NCBI GenBank assembly: GCA_031459625.1
Contig: JAVKIH010000024.1
Location: forward strand, 1-35,879
Source: Candidatus Geohabitans tengchongensis
GTDB lineage: Bacteria > Sysuimicrobiota > Sysuimicrobiia > Sysuimicrobiales > Humicultoraceae
Reading direction: 5' to 3'
Length of the DNA: 35,879 bases
Shown here one piece after another: positions 1 to 9,691 of this stretch. A model generated the notes under the pieces. That model searched no databases, was not told where the DNA came from, and was given only the letters and a program-made list of their open reading frames with translations. The stretch's first letter is position 1. Each line of letters starts with the position of its first letter. The position numbers and the translations under genes are program-made.

Positions 1-284
1 AGGAAGGCCAGGTTGCGCCCGATGAAGGTCCCGCACAGGCCGCCCAGCACGAAGAGGCCCAGCGCGGCGGGCGTGAGCGGCGGCAGGGTGCCGCGGGCGG
101 CCTCCACCAAGAGGAGCCCGACGTAGAGCACGGCGTTGGCCACCATGGTGGCGAAGACGCCGAGGTCCGGGGGGACGGGCGGGCGCCGCGGGTCCGGGAC
201 GAGGGGGGCCATGTAGCGCCGGGAGAAGACGGTGCTGAGGGCAAACGCCACCGCGGCGAGCAGCGCGAAGAGCTCCCCGACCAT
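1..284 (-). CDS. DMT/EamA-family membrane transporter, N-terminal part (runs off the window edge)
   Basis: Manual translation from ATG at 284: MVGELFALLAAVAFALSTVFSRRYM...VFATMVANAVLYVGLLL...ALGLFVLGGLCGTFIGRNLAF. Typical EamA first repeat; not in the ORF track. Confidence 0.8.
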   Translation of the reverse strand, partial: MVGELFALLAAVAFALSTVFSRRYMAPLVPDPRRPPVPPDLGVFATMVANAVLYVGLLLVEAARGTLPPLTPAALGLFVLGGLCGTFIGRNLAF

Positions 285-293
285 CGGACCGCG

Positions 294-371
294 TCAGGGG
301 AGCAGCGGCGTCAGGTCGAGCAGGCGCACCCCGTCCCCCACCGACCAGAGGGCGATCGGGCCATCCGCGCC
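294..371 (-). pseudogene. 3' remnant of an unidentified gene (...GADGPIALWSVGDGVRLLDLTPLLP*)
   Basis: Host-like GC3 codons; stop codon lies 9 nt upstream of the EamA ATG (operon-like spacing). Further upstream the frame is only the antisense shadow of hydantoinase B. Confidence 0.45.
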
Positions 372-1307
372 GTGCCCGACGGCGTCTACCGCGGCGCCTC
401 CACCTTCACCCTGCGGGGCGAGCGGCTGCGGCTGGGCTGCGCCGTCACCGTGGACGGGGACGAGATCACGGTAGAGTGGGACGACGTGCCGCCGCAGCTG
501 CCGGAGGGCGGGGTGAACTGCACCCTCTCCTACACGGCGGCGCACACCACCTACGCGCTCAAGTCCATCCTGACGCCCGAGGTCCCCAGCAACGCCGGCT
601 GCTTCCGTCCCCTGCACGTGCGGGCCCCGGAGGGCAGCATCCTCAACTGCCGCTACCCCGCCGCGGTGAGCCAGCGCACCATGGTCGGGTGGTTCTGCGG
701 CCCGGCCATCTTCCGCGCGCTGGCCGAGGTCCTGCCCGACCGGGTGCAGGCCTTCACCGGACTGCCCGGCGTGTGCACCGCCTACGGGCGGGACGAGCGC
801 GGGGAGACTTTCAACGACCACATCATGTTCGGCGGCGGCCAGGGCGCCAGCGCCCACGGGGACGGCTACGCCGCCCTGATGTACCCCACCTCGGCGGGCA
901 ACGTCCCGGTGGAGATGTTCGAGCAGCGCACCCCCCTGCTGGTGGAGCGCAAGGAGCTCATCCCCGGCTCCGGCGGACCCGGGCGCCACCGCGGCGGGCT
1001 GGGGCAGGAGGTGATCCTGCGCAAGCTCTACGACGACGGGCTGCCGGTGCTGGTGAACGTCCTGCCCCACGGCACCGACTCGCCCCAGCCGGGCCTGCTG
1101 GGCGGGGGGCCGGGCGGCCCGGCGGGGGCGGAGGTGCGGGGCGCGCGGGTGGAGCCGGTGGCGGGGATCGGGCAGCTGGTGGAGCTGCGCCGCGCCGAGG
1201 ACGTCATTATCATCCGCTCGGCGGGCGGCAGCGGCTACGGGAACCCCGCCGAGCGCCCGCAGGCGCTGGTGGAGCGCGACCGCCAGGAAGGCTACGTGCG
1301 GGAGTAA
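357..1307 (+). pseudogene. Hydantoinase B/oxoprolinase family protein, C-terminal half only
   Basis: RAIRAVPDGVY, NAGCFRPL, GSILNCRYPAAV, FGGGQGA, PVEMFE, GGPGRHRGGLG and GGSGYGNP motifs. Starts at a mid-protein motif with no RBS; the N-terminal part is absent. Confidence 0.8.
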
Positions 1308-1309
1308 AC

Positions 1310-1942
1310 GTGGGCGCCCGCCCGCGCTACTGCACCCTCTGCCGCACCCCCCTGGAGTGGCGCGCCGTCGAGCCCGGCCGCGCCCCGCAGCCGGTCTGCC
1401 CGGCCTGCGGCCACGTCCACTGGCAGAACCCCAAACCCACAGCCTCGGCCCTGGTCACCCGACGCCGGGGGGGCCGCCGGGAGGTCCTGCTGGTGCGGCG
1501 GGGGGTCGAGCCCTACCGCGACCACTGGGACTGCCCGGGCGGCTTCATGGACCCGGACGAGGACCCGCCGGCGGCCATCCGGCGCGAGCTGCGGGAGGAG
1601 CTGGGGGTCGAGGTGGCCGTGGGCGACCTCGTCGGCATCTACGCCGACCGCTACGACGAGACCGGCGAGCCCACGCTGAACATCTACCACACGGCCACCA
1701 TCCGCGCCGGCACCCCCCGCCCCGCCTCCGATGTCAGCGGGGTCGGCTGGTTCCCGCTGGACGCGCTGCCCGAGCCGATCGCCTTCCGCAACAACCGCCA
1801 GGCCCTGGCCGCGCTGGCCGCGCGAACCCGCGCCGGGCGCCCTCCGCGGCGTGGCGACGGCGGCCTGGCACCGCCCGGTGGAGGGCGCAGGCGCGGTGCG
1901 GCGGGCCCGACGGCCAAGAGGAGAAGGACGCTAGCCCGGTGA
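1310..1942 (+). CDS. NUDIX hydrolase with N-terminal zinc ribbon
   Basis: GTG at 1310; CTLC...CPAC...NPKP, then a Nudix-box-like PGGFMDPDEDPPAAIRRELREELG. This is the 3' part of ORF 476..1942. Confidence 0.9.
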   Translation: MGARPRYCTLCRTPLEWRAVEPGRAPQPVCPACGHVHWQNPKPTASALVTRRRGGRREVLLVRRGVEPYRDHWDCPGGFMDPDEDPPAAIRRELREELGVEVAVGDLVGIYADRYDETGEPTLNIYHTATIRAGTPRPASDVSGVGWFPLDALPEPIAFRNNRQALAALAARTRAGRPPRRGDGGLAPPGGGRRRGAAGPTAKRRRTLAR

Positions 1943-1986
1943 AGGACGGGGAGAGCCCCAGCCGAGTAGAGAGCGGGAGGACGAGG

Positions 1987-3306
1987 ATGGCCGAGCGGAA
2001 GATCACCAGGCGGGAGGCGTTGCGTGCGGCCGGGGCGCTGGCGGGCGCCAGCGTCTTGACGACGTTCGGGGTGCGGCTGCTGTCCGCGTCGGTGCCCAAC
2101 GACACGGTGGAAGCCGCCGCGGGGCCGCGGGCGCCGCTGCGCATCGGCTTCCAGGTGCACCGCACCGGCATCGGCGCCGTCTACGGGCGGTGGTACGAGC
2201 GGGTGGGCAACGCGGCCCTGCGCCTGATCAACGAGCAGGGGGGCATCGCCGGCCGCCCGGTGCAGATCATCGTCGAGGACGACGGCACCGACCCCAAGCG
2301 CGGCGTGGAGGTGGTGGAGAAGTTCGTCAACCAGCACCGCGTCGACTTCATCTTCGGGACGCTCTTCTCCCACGTGGTCATCGCCGCCGCCCCGCGGGCC
2401 GGGGAGCTGAAGGTCCCCTACCTGGTGGTCAGCGAGGGGTACCACGTGGCCTCGGGCAAGCTCAACCGCTACGTCTTCCAGCCCGGCATCACCGACGTGC
2501 GCGCCCAGGTCACCGCCGTGGCCCCCTGGATCGTGAAGAACCTGGGGAAGCGGGCCACGCTCATCTTCCCCGACTACGCCTTCGGCCACGACCACCGCGA
2601 CTTCTTCAGCGCGCGGCTGCGCGCGCTGGGCGGCGAGGTGGCGGCGCTGGTGCCCATCCCGCCCACGGAGACCTCCTTCACCCGCTACTTCGCCCGGGTG
2701 CCGCGCAACACCGACTTCATCTACCACGTCATGGTGGGACCGGGGGTGCTTACCTTCGTCAAGGAGCTGGGCGAGCACTTCGGCGCGCGCAAGCCGAAGC
2801 TCTTCGGCTTCATCGACTCCCTGGAGGGCGTGGACATCGCCACGCCCGGCCTGGAGTACCTGGAGGGGAGCTTCCTGTGGGAGGCCTTCCCGCGCTACGC
2901 CGGCAACGTCAAGACCGCCTTCGAGCAGCAGTACCGTGACCGCGTGGGCGTCGACGCCAACGGGGCCAGCAAGGCCGACCCGAAGGACGTCTCCACCTAC
3001 TCCCACATGTTCGGGGTGTGGGAGACGCTCTTCGTCATCAAGCGGGCGGTGGAGGAGAGCGGCTACGCCAGCCGCACCCCCGCGGACTACCGGAAGTTCA
3101 TCACCACCCTGGAGGGCTTCACCAGCTTCCCCGAGAGCCTGCAGCACCCCCAGGGGCCGAAGCGCTTCAACGGGAAGCTGCACCAGGTCTTCGGCCACCA
3201 GTTCATCTCCCAGGTGCGGAACAAGCGCCTGGTGGTGGTCCACCGCACCGCCATCGAGGACGGCCTCTACCCGCCGGAGGGCGACTACACCAAGATGCCG
3301 CTGTGA
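1987..3306 (+). CDS. HAAT/Liv-type ABC transporter substrate-binding protein with Tat signal
   Basis: RBS then ATG at 1987; twin-arginine ITRREAL plus hydrophobic stretch; INEQGGIAGRPVQIIVEDD and PDYAFG motifs. Confidence 0.92.
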   Translation: MAERKITRREALRAAGALAGASVLTTFGVRLLSASVPNDTVEAAAGPRAPLRIGFQVHRTGIGAVYGRWYERVGNAALRLINEQGGIAGRPVQIIVEDDGTDPKRGVEVVEKFVNQHRVDFIFGTLFSHVVIAAAPRAGELKVPYLVVSEGYHVASGKLNRYVFQPGITDVRAQVTAVAPWIVKNLGKRATLIFPDYAFGHDHRDFFSARLRALGGEVAALVPIPPTETSFTRYFARVPRNTDFIYHVMVGPGVLTFVKELGEHFGARKPKLFGFIDSLEGVDIATPGLEYLEGSFLWEAFPRYAGNVKTAFEQQYRDRVGVDANGASKADPKDVSTYSHMFGVWETLFVIKRAVEESGYASRTPADYRKFITTLEGFTSFPESLQHPQGPKRFNGKLHQVFGHQFISQVRNKRLVVVHRTAIEDGLYPPEGDYTKMPL

Positions 3307-3360
3307 GCCTCCCGCGGCGCTGACGCCTCCGGGGATGCGCCCCCGGCCCGTCCTCCCCCC

Positions 3361-4224
3361 GTGACACCCGCCGGCCAGGCCGTCCTGGCCCTGCTGGAAG
3401 GCGTCGTCTCCGGGCTGGTGCTGGCGCTCACGGCGCTGGGCCTCTCCCTCGTCTTCGGGGTCATGCGCGTGGTGAACATCGCCCACGGCGACTTCTTCAT
3501 GCTGGGCGCCGTCTTCGCCTGGTACGTCACCACCGCCACCGGCAGCTTCCCCCTGGCGCTGCTCGCCGCCCCGCTGGCCGCCGCGGCGGTGGCCCTGGCC
3601 GCCGACCGCCTGGTGCTGCGCCCCATCGGCTACGCCCCCGAGCCCACCATCGTGGCCACCATCGGCCTCCTCTACGTCCTGCAGCAGGCGGTCCTGAGCG
3701 TCTACGGCCCCTATGCCCGTCCGGTCCCCGAGCCGGTGGCCTTCCGCGTCGACCTTCCCTGGTTCGGCTACTCCGGCTACAAGCTCGTCGTGGCGGCGGC
3801 GGCCACAGCACTGCTCGGCGCGGCCTGGCTGCTGATCACGCGCACCCGCCTGGGGCTGTACATGCGGGCCACGCAGCAGGACCGGGAGATCGCCCAGGCC
3901 TTCGGTGTCCCGGTGCAGCGCATCTACGCCGCCGCCTTCGGCCTGGGGGCCGCGCTGGCGGCGCTGGCCGGGGTGCTCATCGTCCCCATCCGCCAGGCGC
4001 ACTACCTGATGGGGCTGGACGCGCTCCTCCTCTCCTTCATGGCGGTGATCATCGGCGGGATCGGCAGCCTGGGCGGAACGCTGGCGGCGGCGCTGTTCAT
4101 CGGGCTGGTCGACGGGGCGCTCTCCGTCTTCTTCTCGCCCACGCTGGCGCGCATCGCCGCCTCGCTGGTCGTGGTGGCGGTCCTGGTCGCCCGCAGCGGC
4201 GGGCTGCTGGAGGTGCGCGGGTGA
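3361..4224 (+). CDS. Branched-chain amino acid-type ABC permease (LivH-like)
   Basis: GLSLVFGVMRVVNIAHGDFFMLGA; TRLGLYMRA; IIGGIGS. Confidence 0.92.
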   Translation: MTPAGQAVLALLEGVVSGLVLALTALGLSLVFGVMRVVNIAHGDFFMLGAVFAWYVTTATGSFPLALLAAPLAAAAVALAADRLVLRPIGYAPEPTIVATIGLLYVLQQAVLSVYGPYARPVPEPVAFRVDLPWFGYSGYKLVVAAAATALLGAAWLLITRTRLGLYMRATQQDREIAQAFGVPVQRIYAAAFGLGAALAALAGVLIVPIRQAHYLMGLDALLLSFMAVIIGGIGSLGGTLAAALFIGLVDGALSVFFSPTLARIAASLVVVAVLVARSGGLLEVRG

Positions 4225-5210
4225 GGGCGGGGGCCATGGCGCCCGCCGGGCCGGACCGGCACGACGGACGCGTCTGGGCGCTGCACCTGGGGGTGCTGGG
4301 GCTCCTGGCCCTGCTGCAGGCGGTGCTGCCCCCGTTCCACCACGGGATGGTCACGCGCATCATGCTGCTGGCCGCCTTCGCCGCCGGCTACAACCTGCTC
4401 CTGGGCTACACGGGGCTGATGAGCCTGGGGCACGCGCTGCTCTTCGCCGCCGGGCTCTACGCCGCCGGGCTCGGCGTCTACTACGGGCAGCTGGCCCCGC
4501 TGCTGGCGCTGGGGGCTGGGGTGGCGGCGGGGCTGGCCGCCGCCGCGCTGGTGGGTGCCGTGGCCCTGCGCACCACCGGCGTGGCCTTCCTCATCGTCAC
4601 CCTGATGGTGGCTCAGATGGGCTTCCTCACCACGCTGCACTTCAACCGCATCACCGGCGGCGACCAGGGCCTCACCCTCACCGGCAGGCTGCGCCCGCTG
4701 GCGCTGGGCCCCTGGCATCTGGACCTGGCCCTGCCGGCCGCGAAGTACAACCTGGCCCTGGCCGTCCTGGCCGCAGGCCTCCTCCTCTCGCTGTGGGTCG
4801 TGCGCTCGCCGCTGGGGCGGGTCCTGCGGGCCGTGCGCGAGAACGAGGAGCGGGTGCGCCTGCTGGGCTACGACCCCTTCCGGTACAAGCTGCTGGCGCT
4901 CGTTCTCTCGGGCGGCCTGGCCGGGGCGGCGGGCGCGGGGTACGCGCTCCTCTTCGCCTACGTCGGCTCCGCGTTCGCCGACGTCCTCTACTCCATCCTG
5001 CCCTTGCTGTGGGTACTGGTGGGCGGCGCCGGGACGACGCTCGGCCCGCTCGTGGGGACGGCGCTGATGGTCTACGTGGTGGACGTGGCCAGCGGCCTCA
5101 CCACGGCCTACCTCTTCGTGGTGGGCGGCACCCTGCTGCTGCTGGTCCTGTGGTTCCCCCAGGGCATCGTGGGGACGGCGCGGGCGCGGTGGTGGCCGTG
5201 GCTGCCGTGA
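4221..5210 (+). CDS. Branched-chain amino acid-type ABC permease (LivM-like)
   Basis: YNLLLGYTGLMSLGHA; TGGDQG; SPLGRVLRAVRENE; GTGA overlap with the upstream gene. Confidence 0.92.
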   Translation: MRAGAMAPAGPDRHDGRVWALHLGVLGLLALLQAVLPPFHHGMVTRIMLLAAFAAGYNLLLGYTGLMSLGHALLFAAGLYAAGLGVYYGQLAPLLALGAGVAAGLAAAALVGAVALRTTGVAFLIVTLMVAQMGFLTTLHFNRITGGDQGLTLTGRLRPLALGPWHLDLALPAAKYNLALAVLAAGLLLSLWVVRSPLGRVLRAVRENEERVRLLGYDPFRYKLLALVLSGGLAGAAGAGYALLFAYVGSAFADVLYSILPLLWVLVGGAGTTLGPLVGTALMVYVVDVASGLTTAYLFVVGGTLLLLVLWFPQGIVGTARARWWPWLP

Positions 5211-5947
5211 CCCCGCTGCTCGAGACGGTCGGCCTCACGAAGCGGTTCGACGGGCTGGCGGCGGTGCAGGCGGTGGACTTCACCCTGACCCCCGGAGAGA
5301 TCCGCGCCCTCATCGGGCCGAACGGGGCCGGCAAGACCACCCTGCTCGGGCTGATCTGCGGGCGGCTGGCCCCCACCGCCGGGCGCATCCGCTTCCGCGG
5401 CCGCGACATCACCGACCTCGGGGCGCACGCGCGGGTGGCGCTCGGCATCGCCTACACCTTCCAGGTGACGAGCGTCTTCCGCACCATGACCGTCTTCGAC
5501 AACGTGGTCCTGGCGGCGCAGCGCCGGTGGGCGCGGGGGTGGCGGGCGGCGCTGGCCGCCGACGGCCGGGCGGTGCGGGAGGAGGCGGCGCGGGTGCTGG
5601 AGGAGGTGGGGCTGACCGCGGGCTGGGACCGCCCGGCGGGAGCCCTCCCCTACGGCCACCGGCGCCTGCTGGAGGTGGCCATGGCGCTCGCCGCCGATCC
5701 CGTCCTGCTGGCCCTCGACGAGCCCACGCAGGGCCTGGCGGGGGAGGAGATCGCGCTCCTCACCGACCTGCTGCGCCGCCTGGCCGGGCGCCTCACCATC
5801 CTCCTGGTCGAGCACAATTTGGCGGTGGTGCTGGAGCTGGCCCGGCGCGTCACGGTGATGCACGAGGGGCGCATCCTGGCCGAGGGGACTCCGCCCGAGA
5901 TCGAGACCAACCCCGAGGTGCAGCGCGTCTACCTGGGAGCCGCCTGA
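5207..5947 (+). CDS. ABC transporter ATP-binding protein (LivG-like)
   Basis: GTG at 5207; GPNGAGKTT, LPYGHRR, LDEP, VEH, and C-terminal VQRVYLG. Confidence 0.93.
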   Translation: MTPLLETVGLTKRFDGLAAVQAVDFTLTPGEIRALIGPNGAGKTTLLGLICGRLAPTAGRIRFRGRDITDLGAHARVALGIAYTFQVTSVFRTMTVFDNVVLAAQRRWARGWRAALAADGRAVREEAARVLEEVGLTAGWDRPAGALPYGHRRLLEVAMALAADPVLLALDEPTQGLAGEEIALLTDLLRRLAGRLTILLVEHNLAVVLELARRVTVMHEGRILAEGTPPEIETNPEVQRVYLGAA

Positions 5948-6020
5948 TGGCCCGAACCGGCCTGGTGCCGTGCCAGCTCCACCGGCCCACGCTCCACCGT
6001 GGGAGGCGCACCGACGCCTG

Positions 6021-6758
6021 ATGCTGACCGTGGAGGGGCTCACCTGCGCCTACGGCCAGGCCCGCGTGGTCCACCAGGTCTCCTTCCACGTGGCTCCCGG
6101 CGAGGTGCTGGCCCTGCTGGGGCGCAACGGGGCCGGGAAGACGACCACGCTGCGGGCGGTCATGGGGCTCCTGCGGCCGGTGGCCGGGCGCATCCGGCTG
6201 GACGGCGTGGAGCTCACCGGCCTGCCCGCGCACGCCGTGCCGCGCCTGGGGCTCGGCTACGTCCCCCAGGGGCGGCGCCTCTTCCCCGCCCTCACCGTGG
6301 AGGAGAACCTGCGCATGGGCCTGCTGGTGCGGGGCGGCCGCCCCGCCGACCTGGAGCCGGTCTTTGCCCTCTTCCCGGTGCTGCGCCAGCGGCTGCGCCA
6401 GCGGGCGGCCACCCTCAGCGGCGGGGAGCAGCAGATGGTGGCCACCGCCCGGGCCCTCGCCGCGCGCCCGCGCGTCCTGCTGCTCGACGAGCCCACCGAG
6501 GGGCTGGCGCCGCTGCTGGCCGCACGGCTGCTGGAGACCCTGGCGGCGCTGCGCGCGCAGGGCGTGGGCGTCTTGCTGGTGGAGCAGCGCATCGAGGCCG
6601 CGCTGCGCGTGGCCGACCGGGTGGCCGTGCTGGAGACCGGCCGGCTGGCCTGGGAGGGGTCGCCCGGGGCGCTGCGGGCCGACGAGGGGCTGCTGCTGCG
6701 CCTGCTGGGGGTGCGCCGCGCGCCGGGGCGCCCGGGCGCACCGCGCAGCGCGAGCTGA
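6021..6758 (+). CDS. ABC transporter ATP-binding protein (LivF-like)
   Basis: ATG at 6021; GRNGAGKTT, LSGGEQQM, LLLDEPTEGLAP, LVEQ. Confidence 0.93.
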   Translation: MLTVEGLTCAYGQARVVHQVSFHVAPGEVLALLGRNGAGKTTTLRAVMGLLRPVAGRIRLDGVELTGLPAHAVPRLGLGYVPQGRRLFPALTVEENLRMGLLVRGGRPADLEPVFALFPVLRQRLRQRAATLSGGEQQMVATARALAARPRVLLLDEPTEGLAPLLAARLLETLAALRAQGVGVLLVEQRIEAALRVADRVAVLETGRLAWEGSPGALRADEGLLLRLLGVRRAPGRPGAPRSAS

Positions 6759-7294
6759 TGCAGGCGGTGATCCCTCCGCAGCGCGTGCGCGGCCGCCTCG
6801 CCTTCGAGTTCGTGCGCCCGCCCGGTGACCGCCGCACCCTGGAGGGGCTGCTGCTGGAGGCGGACGAGCGGATGCTGGTCCTGGCGCACCCGCTGTCCCC
6901 CCGCCGCCCCGTCGTCGTCCGCGGCGAGACGGTCCTGCAGGCCGGCGACTGGGCGGTGTGGTTCCTCTTCCAGGGGGAGCCCTTCGACGTCGGTCGGATC
7001 TACCGTCCCGACGGGACCTGGACCGGGTACTACGCCGACGTCCTGGAGCCGGTGCGCTGGCGGGGACGGGACCCCGCCACCCTCGCACCGCTCGTGGACC
7101 TCTTCCTCGACCTGTGGGTCTCCCCCGAGGGCGACTGGACCGTGCTGGACGAGGAGGAGTTCGCGCAGGCAGTAGCCGCAGGGGCGCTGACGCCGGCGCA
7201 GGCAGGGCACGCCCGCCGCGTCCTGGCCGACCTGCAGGCGCGCACGGCGCGTGGAGCGTTCCCGCCGCCGGTGGTGCGCGACTTCCGGCTGTAG
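6758..7294 (+). CDS. DUF402 family protein (possible nucleotide hydrolase)
   Basis: TGATG coupling at 6756-6760; GYYADV...DLFLDLWV...LDEEEF acidic motif. Confidence 0.8.
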   Translation: MQAVIPPQRVRGRLAFEFVRPPGDRRTLEGLLLEADERMLVLAHPLSPRRPVVVRGETVLQAGDWAVWFLFQGEPFDVGRIYRPDGTWTGYYADVLEPVRWRGRDPATLAPLVDLFLDLWVSPEGDWTVLDEEEFAQAVAAGALTPAQAGHARRVLADLQARTARGAFPPPVVRDFRL

Positions 7295-7296
7295 CC

Positions 7297-9672
7297 TCAG
7301 CCTGGGCCTCTTCGGTCCGCCGCTTCGTCCTCCGGCCGGTCCCGCAGCCACGCCAGCACGAGCGCGGGGGTCACGGGCAGGACGTCCACGTCCCGCCCCA
7401 GCGCGTCGCTGATGGCATTGGCCAGGCAGCCCACCGCGCCGATCGTCCCCGACTCCCCCACTCCTTTGAAGCCGCGTTCCGTGTAGGGCGAGGGCGTCTC
7501 CAGGTGGTGGACCTCGACCGGCGGCACCTCCGCCGCCGACGGCAGGAGGTAGTCCATGAAGGTCGCGGCGAGCGGCTGTCCCGCCGCGTCGTAGCGCAGC
7601 GCCTCGTAGAGCGCCTCCCCCAGGCCCTGCGCCACCCCACCGTGTGTCTGCCCCTCCACCAGCAGCGGGTTGAGCAGCGGCCCGCAGTCCTCGGCCACGA
7701 CGTAGCGCAGGACGCGCACGACGCCGGTCTGCGGGTCCACCTCCACCAGCGCCGCGTGCGCCCCGTTCCCGAAGGCCGCCGGCGGCGGGTCGTAGGTGAC
7801 GGCCGCCCCGAGCCCCGGCTCTTCGCCGCCGGCGAGGTAGCCCAGCGCCGGCACGTGCGCCGCCCGGGCCACGTCGCGCCAGGTGAGGGCGCGGGCCGGC
7901 GTCCCGCGGACGAAGAAGCGGCCGCCGTCCAGCACGACGTCCTCCGGGGCCGCCTCGAGCAGGTGAGCGGCGATGGCCACCGCCTTCGCCCGCACCCGCG
8001 CGGCGGCGCGCACGATGGCCCCGCCCGAGGCGACCAGCGCGCGGCTGGCAAAGGTGCCGCTCCCCTCCGGGGCCAGGTCGGTGTCCACCGGCGCCACCAC
8101 CACCAGCTCCGGGTCGATGCCGAGCTCGTCGGCCAGGAGCTGGGCGAAGGCGGTCTCGTGCCCCTGGCCCTGGGAGGGCGAGGAGGCCCACAGCCGCACC
8201 GTGCCGTCGGGCTCCACCTGCACGCGCGCGCCGTCGTAGCCGCGCATGTCGGTCATGCCGCGCCGCAGGAAGGTGCGCGACCCCATCCCCGTGAACTCGG
8301 TGAAGACGCTGAGTCCGATGCCCACCCGCCGGCCGGCCGCGCGCGCTTCGGCCTGGGCCCGCCGCGCCCCCGCGTAGTCGAACGCCTCCAGCACCGCCGC
8401 CAGCGTCTCGTGGAGGCGGCCGCTGTCGTAGACCAGCCCCGCCGGGTTGGTATAGGGGAAGGCCTCGGAGGGGATCAGGTTGCGGCGCCGCACCTCGGCG
8501 GGGTCGAGCCCCAACCGCGCAGCCACCTTGTCCACCAGGCGCTCCATCACCCACGCCGCCACCGCCATGCCCACCCCGCGGTAGGCGCCCAGCGGCGCCT
8601 TGTTGGTGGCGACAGCCAGCGCGCGGCAGGCATAGGCCTCCACCCGGTAGGGGCCGGTGAGGATGTTGGCCGCGGTCACCGGCTCGATGGCCACGGTGAG
8701 CGGGTAGGCGGAGTAGGCGCCGGCATCCGAGCACAGCGTCGCCCGCACCGCCAGCAGCCGCCCCGCCGCGTCGGCCGCGGCCTCGGCCTCGACCCACACC
8801 TCGCGGGCCTGGGTCATCGTCAGCAGGTTCTCGTGCCGGTCCTCCACCCACTTCACCGGGCGGCGGAGCCGCTGCGCCACGGCGCAGGTGACCAGGTCCT
8901 CGGGGTAGAGCATCATCTTCGGCCCGAACCCGCCGCCCACGTCCGGGACCACCACCCGCACCTGCGCCGCCGCCAGCCCCAGCCCGCGGGCGACCGCCTC
9001 CTTCAGGTGGTGGGGAGTCTGGGTGGAGGCCCAGACGGTGAGGCGCCCCGGCGGGTCCCACGCGGCGGCCACGCCCCGTCCCTCCAGCGGCGCGCCGGCC
9101 ACCCGGCTGTGGCGGAAGGTGCCGCGCACGACCACGGCGGCGCGGGCGAAGGCCGCCGCGACGTCGCCGGAGGCCACCTCGCGCTCCAGGAAGCGGTTGC
9201 CGGGGACGTCGGGGTGCAGCTGCGGGGCATCCGGGGCGAGGGCCGCGTCCAGGAAAGCCACCACCGGGAGCGGCTCGTACGTCACCGCCACGCGCTCGGC
9301 CGCGTCCTCGGCCACGTAGCGGTCGGCCGCGGCCACCACGGCCACGGGCTCCCCGACGAAGCGCACCACCTCCCGGGCGAGCGGCGGCCAGCTGCCGCCG
9401 CGGTAGCGGGCATCGCGCAACGCCGCGGTGATGGGGGCGAGCGCCAGGTCGGCGGCGGCGAAGACGGCGACCACCCCGGGGACGTCCAGGGCCGGTGCGG
9501 CGTCGATGGCGCGCACGCGGGCGTGGGCGTGCGGGCTGCGCACGAAGGCCAGGTGGAGCATGCCGGGCAGCGCCAGGTCGGCCAGGTAGCGGCCCTCCCC
9601 GCGCAGCAATCGGGGATCCTCGCGGCGCCGCACCGCCCGGCCGACCCAGGAGGTGGTGGCGGGCGCGCTCAC
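7297..9672 (-). CDS. Xanthine dehydrogenase family molybdopterin-binding large subunit (CoxL/CutL-like)
   Basis: RREDPRLLRGEGRY, VRSPHAHA, DVGGGFGPK, AYRGVG, QGQGHET, GTFASR, EGQTHGG, KGVGESG. Confidence 0.93.
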   Translation of the reverse strand: MSAPATTSWVGRAVRRREDPRLLRGEGRYLADLALPGMLHLAFVRSPHAHARVRAIDAAPALDVPGVVAVFAAADLALAPITAALRDARYRGGSWPPLAREVVRFVGEPVAVVAAADRYVAEDAAERVAVTYEPLPVVAFLDAALAPDAPQLHPDVPGNRFLEREVASGDVAAAFARAAVVVRGTFRHSRVAGAPLEGRGVAAAWDPPGRLTVWASTQTPHHLKEAVARGLGLAAAQVRVVVPDVGGGFGPKMMLYPEDLVTCAVAQRLRRPVKWVEDRHENLLTMTQAREVWVEAEAAADAAGRLLAVRATLCSDAGAYSAYPLTVAIEPVTAANILTGPYRVEAYACRALAVATNKAPLGAYRGVGMAVAAWVMERLVDKVAARLGLDPAEVRRRNLIPSEAFPYTNPAGLVYDSGRLHETLAAVLEAFDYAGARRAQAEARAAGRRVGIGLSVFTEFTGMGSRTFLRRGMTDMRGYDGARVQVEPDGTVRLWASSPSQGQGHETAFAQLLADELGIDPELVVVAPVDTDLAPEGSGTFASRALVASGGAIVRAAARVRAKAVAIAAHLLEAAPEDVVLDGGRFFVRGTPARALTWRDVARAAHVPALGYLAGGEEPGLGAAVTYDPPPAAFGNGAHAALVEVDPQTGVVRVLRYVVAEDCGPLLNPLLVEGQTHGGVAQGLGEALYEALRYDAAGQPLAATFMDYLLPSAAEVPPVEVHHLETPSPYTERGFKGVGESGTIGAVGCLANAISDALGRDVDVLPVTPALVLAWLRDRPEDEAADRRGPG

Positions 9673-9691
9673 CGGGGCCGGCCTCGGCGCC

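Noticed and set aside
1820..1942. Extra domain at the NUDIX C-terminus
   Set aside because: Arg/Gly/Pro low-complexity tail, probably stop-codon drift.
3329..3346. CCGGGG/CCCCGG hairpin after the binding-protein gene
   Set aside because: No U-tract; an ordinary stabilising stem or a chance match in GC-rich DNA.
7297..9672. Aerobic CO dehydrogenase
   Set aside because: Lacks the AYxCSFR loop and coxM/coxS neighbours.
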